DNA of 52,980 nucleotides from a virus (Duplodnaviria; Caudoviricetes): positions 1 to 52,980 of the IMG/VR virus record IMGVR_UViG_3300035562_000039; one strand, given 5' to 3'. The translations under genes were made by a program, and so were the position numbers. Position 1 is the stretch's first letter, and the number at the start of each line of letters is the position of its first letter. Below are positions 8,782 to 17,849 of this stretch, in pieces. Under the pieces are notes generated by a model that did no database searches, was not told the origin of the DNA, and was given only the letters and a program-made list of their open reading frames with translations.

Positions 8782-8978
8782 GCGACCGCCTTGTTTTCTG
8801 TAACCGTGTATCCATGATCAGCCAGCCATTCAAATACCGGCTTAAGGTCGAGCTGATTCATGATTTCCTTTTCATCGACATGACCAAACAGAGCTACACC
8901 TTCCGCTTCAATTCGCACCTCTCCCTGGCGCTGTCCGGATTTAGCGTGATACTCGGTGCATACGAATGTCATTTTCAT
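8778..8978 (-). CDS. Hypothetical protein
   Basis: GGAGG RBS before MKMTFVCTEY. Confidence 0.65.
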   Translation of the reverse strand: MKMTFVCTEYHAKSGQRQGEVRIEAEGVALFGHVDEKEIMNQLDLKPVFEWLADHGYTVTENKAVA

Positions 8979-9091
8979 TTCGACCTCCAAGCTTGCTTGA
9001 GTTGAACCATTGCCATAGCCCATAGAGCCGGGCTGCGCATTCTGATGGCCGCTCTAGCGATAACTTGCGCGTTGGTGAATGCGTTTTTCAT
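8975..9091 (-). CDS. Kil-like cell-division inhibitor (38 aa)
   Basis: Directly after cIII with ATGA overlap; MKNAFTNAQVIARAAI...LWAMAM. Confidence 0.5.
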   Translation of the reverse strand: MKNAFTNAQVIARAAIRMRSPALWAMAMVQLKQAWRSK

Positions 9092-9222
9092 AGCGGATTC
9101 CCATGCTGATTTAACGTGTCTTTCAACCAACGCCCGATAACACGCATCCGGCGAGTGATAATTTCGAGTAGTGATTCGTTCTGGCAGCCAGCAATAGGCC
9201 ACCCTGCAACGGCATATTGCAT
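9088..9222 (-). CDS. cIII: CIII FtsH inhibitor (44 aa, not in track)
   Basis: MQYAVAGWPIAGCQNESLLEIITRRMR...LKDTLNQHGNP closely resembles lambda CIII. Confidence 0.92.
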   Translation of the reverse strand: MQYAVAGWPIAGCQNESLLEIITRRMRVIGRWLKDTLNQHGNPL

Positions 9223-9243
9223 GGCTTAATCCTTGTGATTTGA

Positions 9244-10245
9244 TTAGTAGGTAATGCGGATGGCTGAAACTTCGCCTTTAGCTATGGCAGTGATGCATTT
9301 CTTGGCGCAGTCTTCCGGGACGCCAGCGGCGATTAAATCCGACAGGGCTTTGTTGTTTACTGTCTTGCGATGCTCAACATCTGCGGCACGTTTTGCCGCT
9401 TCATCAGCAATGCGTCTTTCTTCAGCCAGTCGTGCAGTTTCTTTCGCTTCAGCTTCGCGCCTAACCTTGTCAGCGGCTTCCTGTGCTTTACGTTGTTCGG
9501 TGGCGATAGCTTCCTGCTTGTCACGCTCTGCTTTCTGTTGCGCTTCAATACGCTGGCGATCTGCTAATTCTGCCGCCTCTTTGGCTTCACGTTCTGCACG
9601 CTCTTTTGCTACCTGCGCTTCAGCTTCACGCCGTGCCGATGCTTCAAGTTCAGCCTTTGCTTTCTGCTCAGCCTCCACGCGGGCCCGTTCTGCTGCATGA
9701 CGTTTTAATTCTTCTTCATAAGCTATGCGCTTCCGCTCGGCATCGGCTTTAGCCTCCGCAGCATCACGGTCAAACTTCTCGTTAAGAAGCAGGGCGATTT
9801 CGTGATCGGATTCGAATTGCTTTTTCAGCACCTCACGTGCCGCTAATTCTTCAGCCTCAATGCGCAAACGCTCATCTTCAGCAGCTTTCTCTGCTGCAAT
9901 GCGTTCTTGTTCTGCTTCCCATTCGGTGAGCGGTCGGCGAGTTTCGTCGCGCAGAACATCACAGGCATCAACGAATCGCTTAATTTCTTGCTCAGCAGGC
10001 TTCACGGCCTCTTTCAGTCGCTTCAGGTACTCGCGGCCCGGCTTTTCAATTGCTGTTTTGCTGCGGCTTACTTGTGCTGCAAGAGAAGCAACCCGATCAC
10101 GACCTTTCTTTGTGCTTAGGTCTGGGGCTTCATTGACGCTTTCCTTGATATGTTCCAGGTATGCATCAAGACCATTTGGGATATACAGAGCCGGTGCTTG
10201 TTCCGGCTTAATGTCGATAACGGTTAAATCGGTAGACTCGCTCAC
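9244..10245 (-). CDS. Ala/Glu/Arg-rich coiled-coil phage protein (often labelled TolA-like)
   Basis: PDLSTKKGRDRVASLA.QV.RSKT motif and a long low-complexity helix. Confidence 0.8.
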   Translation of the reverse strand: MSESTDLTVIDIKPEQAPALYIPNGLDAYLEHIKESVNEAPDLSTKKGRDRVASLAAQVSRSKTAIEKPGREYLKRLKEAVKPAEQEIKRFVDACDVLRDETRRPLTEWEAEQERIAAEKAAEDERLRIEAEELAAREVLKKQFESDHEIALLLNEKFDRDAAEAKADAERKRIAYEEELKRHAAERARVEAEQKAKAELEASARREAEAQVAKERAEREAKEAAELADRQRIEAQQKAERDKQEAIATEQRKAQEAADKVRREAEAKETARLAEERRIADEAAKRAADVEHRKTVNNKALSDLIAAGVPEDCAKKCITAIAKGEVSAIRITY

Positions 10246-10326
10246 GGCATCTCTCCTTTGATTGATAGGTATTCATTGCTGAACCAACTCGTAAATTGGC
10301 TTAGCGATGGGAATAAAAAAGCCGCT

Positions 10327-10707
10327 CTAGGCGGCTGTGTTTTTTAGTTCAGATATCTGCATATCTATGTCAGCTAATTGTGATGCGAAGCTGTTCTCCA
10401 ATTTTCGCCTTAAAGCAATAAGAGCCTTTTCTTTGGTGCTGTATTGGGCAATTCCCTGCTGACTCGCGCTCTTTGGTCTGATTCCATCAACAACACGTCC
10501 ATCTCCATGAGAGCCGGGGCTAGACCAGGATTCATAAACGGCACCCCGATAACTGTTAATGCTCCACCCATTGACATAAGAATCGAAGTTGCTTGGACGG
10601 GGCAAATCAGGGCTGCTATCGCCATCCGTCCATCGGAGAGATTTATTCAACAAGGCCTCCCGTCTCAACTCGTCGAATGCTTCCTTTTCTTTTTTGTTCA
10701 TAGCCAT
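10327..10707 (-). CDS. Hypothetical phage protein
   Basis: GAGG RBS; terminator-like hairpin at its end. Confidence 0.7.
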   Translation of the reverse strand: MAMNKKEKEAFDELRREALLNKSLRWTDGDSSPDLPRPSNFDSYVNGWSINSYRGAVYESWSSPGSHGDGRVVDGIRPKSASQQGIAQYSTKEKALIALRRKLENSFASQLADIDMQISELKNTAA

Positions 10708-10826
10708 AGCGGCATCCTCTGTTTAAAAAAATGGGCCGCACAAGGCAGCCCGAAGTGATGATAAGAGGGGTTATGTCTTCTTACTGGTACATCAGCAAGC
10801 CCGCTAGATAACGAGCTTTGGGATGG

Positions 10827-11018
10827 TCAGCTAGATTGTTTAACGCTGTAGTTGCCGTTCTTTTTTGCTTCAACGCAGAAGTAGCCAGCACCTAGCATGC
10901 CAATACCCCAAGAGTCAGCTGTACCGTCTCCTTCACGCTTTTCTTTGATGAAGTAACGCAATGCAGATATCGCTGTTTCAAGGTCATCTCGCGATTTAAT
11001 CGTTATGGTTACTCTCAT
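10827..11018 (-). CDS. Hypothetical protein (start MRVTITIK)
   Basis: AGGAG RBS; TGATG overlap with the upstream small ORF. Confidence 0.6.
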   Translation of the reverse strand: MRVTITIKSRDDLETAISALRYFIKEKREGDGTADSWGIGMLGAGYFCVEAKKNGNYSVKQSS

Positions 11019-11110
11019 CACGACACTCCTATCATTCCAATAATAACCAGCGACCATATGAGGGCGCAGACGACTAATACCCCAAACCAAACCTTTGTGT
11101 TGTACGGCAT
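11018..11110 (-). CDS. 30-aa single-TM peptide (not in track)
   Basis: MPYNTKVWFGVLVVCALIWSLVIIGMIGVS; GGAGG RBS. Confidence 0.5.
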   Translation of the reverse strand: MPYNTKVWFGVLVVCALIWSLVIIGMIGVS

Positions 11111-11467
11111 ACTGCACCCTCCAGTTAAAAGAAAAGCCTCCGAAGAGGCTTTGTGTTTGCGCTTTCCCCAGACATCAACAGTCCGTGTTAATCGACTAAG
11201 TACTCATTGAATGCTCACTCGATTGTGCGTATTCGCTCGCCAGCGTTACGACTCACATGCTAACTCCTTGGTAACGTGCCTGTGGCTCTGCTGGCCGCCG
11301 ATAGTTTAGGCTCTTCACAACCCGTCATAGCCGAAGCTGATAGATTGGTGCCTTGCAAGAGACTACTATTCAGATGAGCACCTGTCGGTTGTTCTCAGCA
11401 GCTGACACGCATGGATTAGGTTATGGGCCTGTCAAGCGCTAGCACTCATTTGAATAGCACCTGAGTG

Positions 11468-11734
11468 CTATCCGTTATCGTTGATTGTTGCTGCGAAATC
11501 TTGGAGTAGGGTACGAGCGCTGCCATTCAGCGTCTTATTGTCTGTGCGCACACGGCTCATTGCTGATGAAATCTTGGAGCCAAGCTCACTGGGTCGCATG
11601 TGTAAGACCAGCTCGTTAAAGAAGCTCACAAACTCGCTGTCGTAGAAATTTGCAAACTGCTCAGCTAACTGCTCCGGTGTCAGCTTTACCGTTACATCCA
11701 GTTGTACGGGGACAGTTATGTTACGGTTAGACAT
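11468..11734 (-). CDS. Hypothetical protein
   Basis: GAGG RBS; operon orientation. Confidence 0.65.
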   Translation of the reverse strand: MSNRNITVPVQLDVTVKLTPEQLAEQFANFYDSEFVSFFNELVLHMRPSELGSKISSAMSRVRTDNKTLNGSARTLLQDFAATINDNG

Positions 11735-11770
11735 GATTGCCTCGGTGCGCCCCGTGAGGCGCGATGGTGG

Positions 11771-12391
11771 TTATGCGTCCTTTGAGTTGGCTATGTCGTA
11801 GAATCGGCCATAGGTAATCTTGGAAAATTCAGCAGGTATTGTTACTTGATCCTGAGTGGATCTCATTGAATCACTTTTGGGTATCGCAAAAACCATATCG
11901 TATGGCTTCCCCGGAACCGTTCCTCCATAAGTGGAAATCATTGCAATCCCTCTTGACGAGCATTCGCCAGTCCCACATCGCATAATCCCATAATGCTTAA
12001 TAACGAAGTCCTGAAAGCTCGGCAGGTCAGAAAGCTCTTTATTGGCTTTGGACATCACCATATCGATATGCTTATTAAACGCCTTACCTTCTTTACTATT
12101 AGCCTTCGCCCTGCCGAAGTGACACGCTTTACCTTGCCATTCGTCACTGCTTTTCTTCTTAAATTCGACGCCTTCTGGGAACTTGTGATCTGCATAGAAA
12201 CAAAAGGCATTAATCAAGGATCCTTTCTCTCCCCAGCCACTTCTTACTGAGAAAGCTGCCGCCCCGGCCTCTTCTACAGATCTAGCAAGAACTTCATTTC
12301 GCTTAGTCTTGATGCCTTCATATGATTCAACCAGCTGCTTAGCATCGCTACCAGTTACATAGTAATAATCGTAATGCTCTGACATGCTCAC
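11771..12391 (-). CDS. EaC-like early protein
   Basis: YDYY.V.G..AKQL..SY N-terminus and IP.EF.KITYG.FYD C-terminus; directly after N. Confidence 0.55.
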   Translation of the reverse strand: MSMSEHYDYYYVTGSDAKQLVESYEGIKTKRNEVLARSVEEAGAAAFSVRSGWGEKGSLINAFCFYADHKFPEGVEFKKKSSDEWQGKACHFGRAKANSKEGKAFNKHIDMVMSKANKELSDLPSFQDFVIKHYGIMRCGTGECSSRGIAMISTYGGTVPGKPYDMVFAIPKSDSMRSTQDQVTIPAEFSKITYGRFYDIANSKDA

Positions 12392-12669
12392 CCCTTCATA
12401 ATGTGATATGGATGTTCGTATTTTTCGCTGCGATTACCGGCTGCGAACAGCGCTACTTGCGGCAAACACATCGCACCGCCTTCTGATGTTTCGTGAACTG
12501 GTCGAGGACAAGCTTTGTAGTCAATCAGCGATAGTGCCTTGGCTACCTTTGAGCTGCCTACAAGCGCTGTAGCGATGCTCTTGCTCAACCTGATATCCTT
12601 TGTTGCCTCTGCACGTTCAGCCGCTCTACGGAGCTTTCTGCGCAGCTTGCAGCGTTCTCTTGCGTTCAT
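12388..12669 (-). CDS. N: Antitermination protein N
   Basis: Arg-rich NARERCKLRRKLRRAAE plus GAMCLPQVALFAAG.R; first gene after PL/nutL. Confidence 0.88.
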   Translation of the reverse strand: MNARERCKLRRKLRRAAERAEATKDIRLSKSIATALVGSSKVAKALSLIDYKACPRPVHETSEGGAMCLPQVALFAAGNRSEKYEHPYHIMKG

Positions 12670-12814
12670 GGTTAATCTCCATTGGATTGGCTTGGGTACG
12701 AGCGCCGGAACCTATTTCAATTTCCGGATTTCAAGTCGCTTCTCAGTCCGGCCCGATCATTACTGCTAGGCCTAAGCTCCACGACACGCTCGTCCAAAGC
12801 CAACTTCACTTTGG

Positions 12815-12852
12815 GTACACCTTTCGGCATACAATCTGATTGTTAAAGAAGC
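12815..12852 (-). promoter_or_regulatory. nutL (boxA-like + boxB)
   Basis: GCTTCTTTAACA followed by hairpin GTATGCC-GAAA-GGTGTAC. Confidence 0.7.
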
Positions 12853-12920
12853 AGCCTGACATCATGTCTGGCGCGGCCGGTAGTTCCGTCTGCCGCATCG
12901 TGTTTCGTTTCGATGACCTA

Positions 12921-12983
12921 ACAATAGCTAAAGCGATTATAGCAGTCAATCACCTTGGCGATATTTATAATCGATAATGCGAT
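12921..12983 (-). promoter_or_regulatory. PL promoter and three OL operators
   Basis: TTGACT-17-TATTGT; ATCGC-N4-GCGAT-like sites at 12924, 12949 and 12970. Confidence 0.8.
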
Positions 12984-13057
12984 AATTTGATGATAGAAAA
13001 GGTAATTTATTTACAAAAATATTTTCGATTTAGGATTTTTAGCGGGGAAAAGGCATT

Positions 13058-13084
13058 AAAAAACCGGCACAGAGGCCGGTTTTG
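13058..13084 (-). terminator. Terminator downstream of cI (bidirectional-looking)
   Basis: AAAAAACCGGC-ACAGAG-GCCGGTTTTT. Confidence 0.8.
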
Positions 13085-13101
13085 GTGAGGTGTGTGTTGT
13101 C

Positions 13102-13821
13102 TTATAGGAGTACCGAGTACCAAAATACCCGGCCAATAACTTCGATATCGATTAAGTCAGCTTCCTGGTCTGGATGATCTTCCTTGTTGAAACTGCGAAC
13201 ACTAACGCGATTGTTGGGTAAGCGGTAAAGCTGCTTTATCCTTTTTAATCCCCCGTGGTTAATGGCATACAGATCGCCGTCAATTATATTTTTGTTATTT
13301 GTATCTACCGCAACAGTAGTGCCATCTGGAATGATTGGCTCCATGGAGTTCCCGCGAGCAGGGAAGCACAAAACCCCATTACCGTTACTATCAGCACGAA
13401 CGCGGCGTAAGGTGGCTTTTGAGAATCGCAACTTAAACCCGTTGTAGTCGTCTTCGTTATAGCTACCATCACCCGCGGCTAGCTCTATATCACGAAGGAA
13501 TGGAATCTCTACCTCATCATCCCTAAGAGGCGTTCTGCTATCCCACGCATCAACCGGCTCCCACTCACTTTCTGGAGGAATTGTAGAGTCTATGTGATGC
13601 GCCTTTATGCCATGCTCTCGCATTGGCTCAGACCCATCACTTAGCCATTCTGGCCTCACTCCAAGAACCCTGGCTATATCTACCAGCTTCCTCGAACCTT
13701 TGGCTCCCCCAGAAACAAGCTTCCATATACTGGACTGAGCCATTCCTACTGCCTTGGCTAAAGACCCTTGTGTATGTCCGGCTTCTTTCATAGCTAAGTC
13801 TAGGCGATCTGAAAAATTCAT
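13102..13821 (-). CDS. cI: CI repressor (HTH + S24 autopeptidase)
   Basis: N-terminal HTH, A-G cleavage site (LAAGDG), GNSMEP and catalytic K (RIKQL); start set at MNFSDRL with GAGG RBS. Confidence 0.95.
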   Translation of the reverse strand: MNFSDRLDLAMKEAGHTQGSLAKAVGMAQSSIWKLVSGGAKGSRKLVDIARVLGVRPEWLSDGSEPMREHGIKAHHIDSTIPPESEWEPVDAWDSRTPLRDDEVEIPFLRDIELAAGDGSYNEDDYNGFKLRFSKATLRRVRADSNGNGVLCFPARGNSMEPIIPDGTTVAVDTNNKNIIDGDLYAINHGGLKRIKQLYRLPNNRVSVRSFNKEDHPDQEADLIDIEVIGRVFWYSVLL

Positions 13822-13852
13822 ATAGACATCCTCGAACAATTTCCTCAAGTCT

Positions 13853-13920
13853 ATCGCCTGAGCGATTATCAATCAAAAACGCTTAAGCGATTGACATTTC
13901 GCTTTGGCGATAGCTATAAT
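13853..13920 (+). promoter_or_regulatory. OR operators and PR promoter
   Basis: ATCGCCTGAGCGAT, AACGCTTAAGCGAT, TTCGCTTTGGCGAT; TTGACA(13891)-18-TATAAT(13915). Confidence 0.85.
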
Positions 13921-13948
13921 CACCTTGAATCAATAGAAGAGGTGATTT

Positions 13949-14182
13949 ATGAAGAATGCTGCAGTCGAAAAAGCGATTGAATTTGCCGGTGGTAGCCAGA
14001 AGTCTCTGGCCCAAAAAATCGGTACAGCTCAATCGACTATATGTGACTGGCTGAACGGCAATAAGCGAATCTCCCCTGAAAACGTCAGCAAACTTGTAAA
14101 GGCTACGGATGGAAGGGTTCACGCTTACGAGTTCCGCCCAGATTTACCAGACTTGTTCCCGCATCCAGAACAAGCTGCATAG
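13949..14182 (+). CDS. cro: Cro/YdaS-like repressor
   Basis: Short HTH divergent from cI; C-terminal RPDLPDLF. Confidence 0.9.
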   Translation: MKNAAVEKAIEFAGGSQKSLAQKIGTAQSTICDWLNGNKRISPENVSKLVKATDGRVHAYEFRPDLPDLFPHPEQAA

Positions 14183-14188
14183 CACTAC

Positions 14189-14226
14189 CGCTCTTTAACA
14201 TCGATACCGGCTGCCGCAATGTGGCC
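14189..14226 (+). promoter_or_regulatory. nutR (boxA + probable boxB)
   Basis: CGCTCTTTAACA directly after cro, then GGCTGC-CGCAAT-GTGGCC hairpin. Confidence 0.75.
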
Positions 14227-14285
14227 ACCAATAATCAAGTGGCTTCCCCACGGAAGCCGCACGTAACTATTTAAACAACAAAGGA

Positions 14286-14318
14286 AGTATCACGTATGGA
14301 AACTGCAAACTACAGCAA
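14286..14318 (-). promoter_or_regulatory. PRE: CII-activated promoter
   Basis: TTGC-N6-TTGC then 13 nt to GATACT, the lambda PRE geometry. Confidence 0.8.
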
Positions 14319-14583
14319 ACCAACAGAACAAGAAATTAACCGGGCCGAATCTGACCTTCTGATGACGTTATCACTGGTAACTAATAGAGAGTTTGCCCGT
14401 ATGGCTGGATGCCACGAATCGAAGATTAGCCGGACTGACTGGCGTTACATCGCAACAATTCTCTGCGTAGCAAAGAAGAGTGTTGAGTTCAGCGTGATCG
14501 GGAAGGTAGTGCAGGAGATGGTTCGGGCAGCAATGCCTGGAAATGAAACGACCCCGAAGAACGGCGAATTCTTCAGGGCCTGA
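14296..14583 (+). CDS. cII: CII-family activator
   Basis: FARMAGCHESKISRTDW motif; follows cro/nutR. Confidence 0.88.
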   Translation: METANYSKPTEQEINRAESDLLMTLSLVTNREFARMAGCHESKISRTDWRYIATILCVAKKSVEFSVIGKVVQEMVRAAMPGNETTPKNGEFFRA

Positions 14584-14611
14584 TAAAGATTACAACTTGA
14601 CTTAGACAGGA

Positions 14612-15247
14612 GTGATTATGTCACGAGGAATCGACGAATACCAGGTGCTTAATTCAATGAAGGTTCCAGATGATTACCATTTAAATGGATTCATCTACGT
14701 GCTTTCAAATGAGCTAATGCCAGGAGTGTATAAATTTGGCATGACTAAGCATTGCCCTGACCAGCGAGCGAAAGAAATATCCTCATCCACTGGGGTACCA
14801 AAACCTTTCAATGTTGTTGCTGCATTTCACTCAAAAAACCCCACAAAAGACGAGAAGATCGTGCATGAGGCGTGGGCGGAGTTACGCGTAAATCCAAATC
14901 GTGAATTCTTCTCCCTTGACGATAAGGAGCTGTCAGACGCTCTCGAGGAACTAAGCAGCATTGTTGGTCCGGAGAGGAATGGAGAGGTCGCCGAACTGGC
15001 AATGTATGACTCTTTCATTTCCTTTTCAAAAGAGCCAGATCTAGACCTTGAGGAAGAGTTGATGGAGCTTGGCCTTGGCGGCATAACTGGACCTATCCCT
15101 GCAATAAGAAACTTTCTTATGAGGGCAGGAATAGATTATGCGAAGCAAATAATTTCCAAATATAACACCTCCATAGTTATTGACACAGACGGCTCGGTAG
15201 TACTTGTCAAATCGCTTGAGACTCAATATTACGAAAGCAAGGTGTGA
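14612..15247 (+). CDS. T5orf172 (GIY-YIG-like) domain protein
   Basis: GFIYVLSN..MPG.YKFGMT...P..RAKE.S.STGVP.PF...REFF; start may be ATG 14618. Confidence 0.85.
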   Translation: MIMSRGIDEYQVLNSMKVPDDYHLNGFIYVLSNELMPGVYKFGMTKHCPDQRAKEISSSTGVPKPFNVVAAFHSKNPTKDEKIVHEAWAELRVNPNREFFSLDDKELSDALEELSSIVGPERNGEVAELAMYDSFISFSKEPDLDLEEELMELGLGGITGPIPAIRNFLMRAGIDYAKQIISKYNTSIVIDTDGSVVLVKSLETQYYESKV

Positions 15248-16161
15248 CAATGAACACTGCTGAGGTTATCAAATTCCCCAGGAAATCAGATAAGCCAGGA
15301 GGCCAAGTGGCCGATCTTGAAAATGGCTATCTGCGACTGGCAAATCAGATTCAGGATGCCGTATGCAAGGTTGAGCTTTCAGGCCGTGAGTTTCGCGTTC
15401 TGAATGCTATTATCCGCCTGACTTATGGATGGTCGAAGAAAGAAGATCGGATAACAAATAGTCTCATTGCTGATAAAACAGGGTTGAGTGTTAAGCATGT
15501 TTCTGAGGCCGTTTTAACGCTTGCTACAAGGCGCGTCATCCTTCTGAGACGCATAGGGCAGACACGCTACATAGGAATCAATACAGAGCTTCACCGGTGG
15601 GCATACGGGAAACCTAAATGTAAATCCTGCGTCACTTCCTTTTCTAAAAACACCGAGGAAAACTACTTTCGAATCGAAATCACCATCCCCGAAAATAGGG
15701 ATAGTGGAAAAGAGCGTCAAACCATCCCTGAAAACAGGGATAACCATCCCCAAATTAAGGGAAATGTATCCCCGGAAACAGGGAACACCAAAGACATTCT
15801 TCCAAAGACAGATAAACATAAAGATATAAAACCCCCTAAATCCCCCAAGGGGGAATCGAAAAAATTCGATCCGTCATCGGTTGAGTTACCAGAATGGCTT
15901 GACCCCATTGCCTGGTCAGAATGGGTGCAATACCGCAATGAATCTAAAAAGCCGATTAGCACAGAGCTTACCGTTACCAAGGCTTTCAAATTACTGAAAG
16001 AGTGCCTGGACGAGGGGCATGATCCGACAGAGATAATCAACACGAGCATTGCCAGCAGCTACCAAGGCTTGTTTAAGCCGAAGTTTCCCATCAGAAAACA
16101 TCCATCAGCCACCGCTACTAGCAAGCCAATGGATCACATACCAGAGGGGTTCACAGGATGA
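15244..16161 (+). CDS. Lambda O-like replication initiator
   Basis: VADLENGYLRLAN...RLTYGW.KK.DRI; internal iterons. Confidence 0.92.
   Translation: MTMNTAEVIKFPRKSDKPGGQVADLENGYLRLANQIQDAVCKVELSGREFRVLNAIIRLTYGWSKKEDRITNSLIADKTGLSVKHVSEAVLTLATRRVILLRRIGQTRYIGINTELHRWAYGKPKCKSCVTSFSKNTEENYFRIEITIPENRDSGKERQTIPENRDNHPQIKGNVSPETGNTKDILPKTDKHKDIKPPKSPKGESKKFDPSSVELPEWLDPIAWSEWVQYRNESKKPISTELTVTKAFKLLKECLDEGHDPTEIINTSIASSYQGLFKPKFPIRKHPSATATSKPMDHIPEGFTG
15685..15784 (+). repeat. Replication-origin iterons (4 x ATCCC-N7-AGGGA)
   Basis: Copies at 15685, 15724, 15746 and 15768, followed by A-rich sequence, as in lambda ori. Confidence 0.88.
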
Positions 16162-16886
16162 GTGCAGAAGACGTATTGCGCAGGCTTCGTGCTGTGATGC
16201 CTCCTGGTACACAGCCAAAGCACAGGACTGCAGAAGAGTTGATCGCTTGGCAGGTAGAGCAAGGGCGCATTGATTCAGAGCGAATTATCGAACAGAACCG
16301 CCTAACCAGATTGCAGAATGTTTTGGGCCGGTCCGGCATCCAGCAACTTCACCAGACGTGCAGCTTTACAAACTACAACGCAGAACTTCCAGGGCAACGC
16401 CATGCGCTGGATAAGTCCAAGGAGTATGCGAAAAAATTTGGCACTGGATTCGGTGGATTTATTTTTAGCGGCGGCTGCGGAACAGGGAAGAATCATCTGG
16501 CTGCTGCCATAGGTAATCACCTGCTGAAATCAAACAAATCAGTTTTAGTGGTGACGATTCCTGACCTCATGATGCGATTTCGTGAAACCTATCAGGTTGA
16601 CGCGAAGACATCAGAAGCGAAATTGATGGAGGATTTATGCCGGGTTGATCTATTAATTCTTGATGATATCGGCGTGCAGCGTGGCAATACAAACGAAGGT
16701 GTCGTGTTATTCCAGATTGTCGATCGCCGGTTATCCAGCAAGAAGCCGGTTGGTATGCTGACCAATCTGGATGCGCCAGCGCTGACAGAATTGCTAGGCG
16801 CTCGCATCATGGACAGAATGACGATGGATGGCGGCATGTGGATTAACTTTGCCTGGCCCAGCTATCGCAGGCAGGTGAAATCATGA
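16158..16886 (+). CDS. DnaC/IstB-like AAA+ helicase loader
   Basis: GGCGTGKNHLA Walker A, LLILDDIG Walker B, RIMDRM. Confidence 0.92.
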   Translation: MSAEDVLRRLRAVMPPGTQPKHRTAEELIAWQVEQGRIDSERIIEQNRLTRLQNVLGRSGIQQLHQTCSFTNYNAELPGQRHALDKSKEYAKKFGTGFGGFIFSGGCGTGKNHLAAAIGNHLLKSNKSVLVVTIPDLMMRFRETYQVDAKTSEAKLMEDLCRVDLLILDDIGVQRGNTNEGVVLFQIVDRRLSSKKPVGMLTNLDAPALTELLGARIMDRMTMDGGMWINFAWPSYRRQVKS

Positions 16887-17098
16887 TGGACATTAACGCA
16901 GTAAGCAAGGCGCTTCACACCCTAGATAATCTCTACTTGTCCGCTCATCAATCTAGAACTTTAGCATTGACGCTTGAAATGAGAGAGATGATGTTCCCAG
17001 ACATAAAAAAATTCTCAATGATATTTAACCGGCAATTCTTGATATTGAAGACAAGGGGACTCATTGAGCATGACAGGATTTTAACAAGAGATATCTGA
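16883..17098 (+). CDS. Hypothetical protein
   Basis: Overlapping starts/stops. Confidence 0.55.
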   Translation: MMDINAVSKALHTLDNLYLSAHQSRTLALTLEMREMMFPDIKKFSMIFNRQFLILKTRGLIEHDRILTRDI

Positions 17099-17322
17099 TG
17101 TTAGACCAATACATCAAGCATCAAATCCGCATGAAAGAGCAACAAGAATCCGACCATCGCTTTAACACTCTCTGCAAACTCCCATTCAACACCTTCGCAG
17201 CCATTTACGCTGAGTGCGATCCGGTATGGGCTGGCAGCATCTACAACGGGGTTTATTACAGCGAATATGAAATTTACGCAGCGTCACTAAAACGCGATGA
17301 AGGCTATGAAGCGTTTATGTGA
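17098..17322 (+). CDS. Hypothetical nin-region protein
   Basis: TGATG overlap. Confidence 0.6.
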   Translation: MLDQYIKHQIRMKEQQESDHRFNTLCKLPFNTFAAIYAECDPVWAGSIYNGVYYSEYEIYAASLKRDEGYEAFM

Positions 17323-17337
17323 TTGAGAGGTATCGTC

Positions 17338-17546
17338 GTGGACAAACAACAGGAAGAAAGTTCAAGAGTAGAATTTGAAACATGGTATGGGCAGAACATG
17401 GGCGTTGGCACCAACGACGTGATCCGCACCGATCCCCCTTTGGGGATAGCTACATGGCGACCAGTCTCGACTTGGCGTATAGGGCATGGAAAGCGAGCAG
17501 GAAAGCCATCGAAGCTGAGAATGCTAAAGGTGATTCAAATGACTAA
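17338..17546 (+). pseudogene. nin-region gene with apparent frameshift at the C-run 17434-17438
   Basis: MDKQQEESSRVEFETWY... continues in the -1 frame as FGDSY...LAYRAWKASRKAIE, paralogous to 17850-18194. Confidence 0.6.
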
Positions 17547-17826
17547 AGATGATTTAAAAAATATTGAAATACAAGCCAAAGCTAAAATATTTCATGATAC
17601 ATATGTTGGTCTCACAGATGCCATTAAAAATAACCCAAAGTTCCATTTCCATAATGGATGGGTATCGATATATCTGGAATTCGATTTAGCGGATGAAGTA
17701 CTTAAGTCCGGTTCGTTTTTATTTAAGGGATTAAGTCTTCCCCATACCACATATTGGCACCGTTTGGGGAACATAACGATGCAGTTAAGCCATTATAACC
17801 ATGGACTTTTAAATATTAAGGTTTAG
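17539..17826 (+). CDS. AT-rich hypothetical protein
   Basis: AAGGTG RBS before MTKDDLK; second half of the track's 167-aa ORF. Confidence 0.55.
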   Translation: MTKDDLKNIEIQAKAKIFHDTYVGLTDAIKNNPKFHFHNGWVSIYLEFDLADEVLKSGSFLFKGLSLPHTTYWHRLGNITMQLSHYNHGLLNIKV

Positions 17827-17849
17827 ATCAACTACATCTGGAGATAACC

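Noticed and set aside
11098-11117. MQYAV start resembling a second cIII
   Set aside because: Similarity ends after five codons; the region is better explained by the 30-aa TM ORF
11346-11365. tRNA-like GGCACCA end on the minus strand
   Set aside because: No T-loop (GTTCRA) or cloverleaf
13822-13872. Longer cI start in the ORF track
   Set aside because: Runs into the OR operator; ATG 13821 has a GAGG RBS
15685-15784. CRISPR-like spaced repeats
   Set aside because: Inside the O gene, spacers too short, no cas genes; these are replication iterons
17323-17826. Single 167-aa ORF
   Set aside because: Better read as a frameshifted gene plus a separate gene starting at 17539
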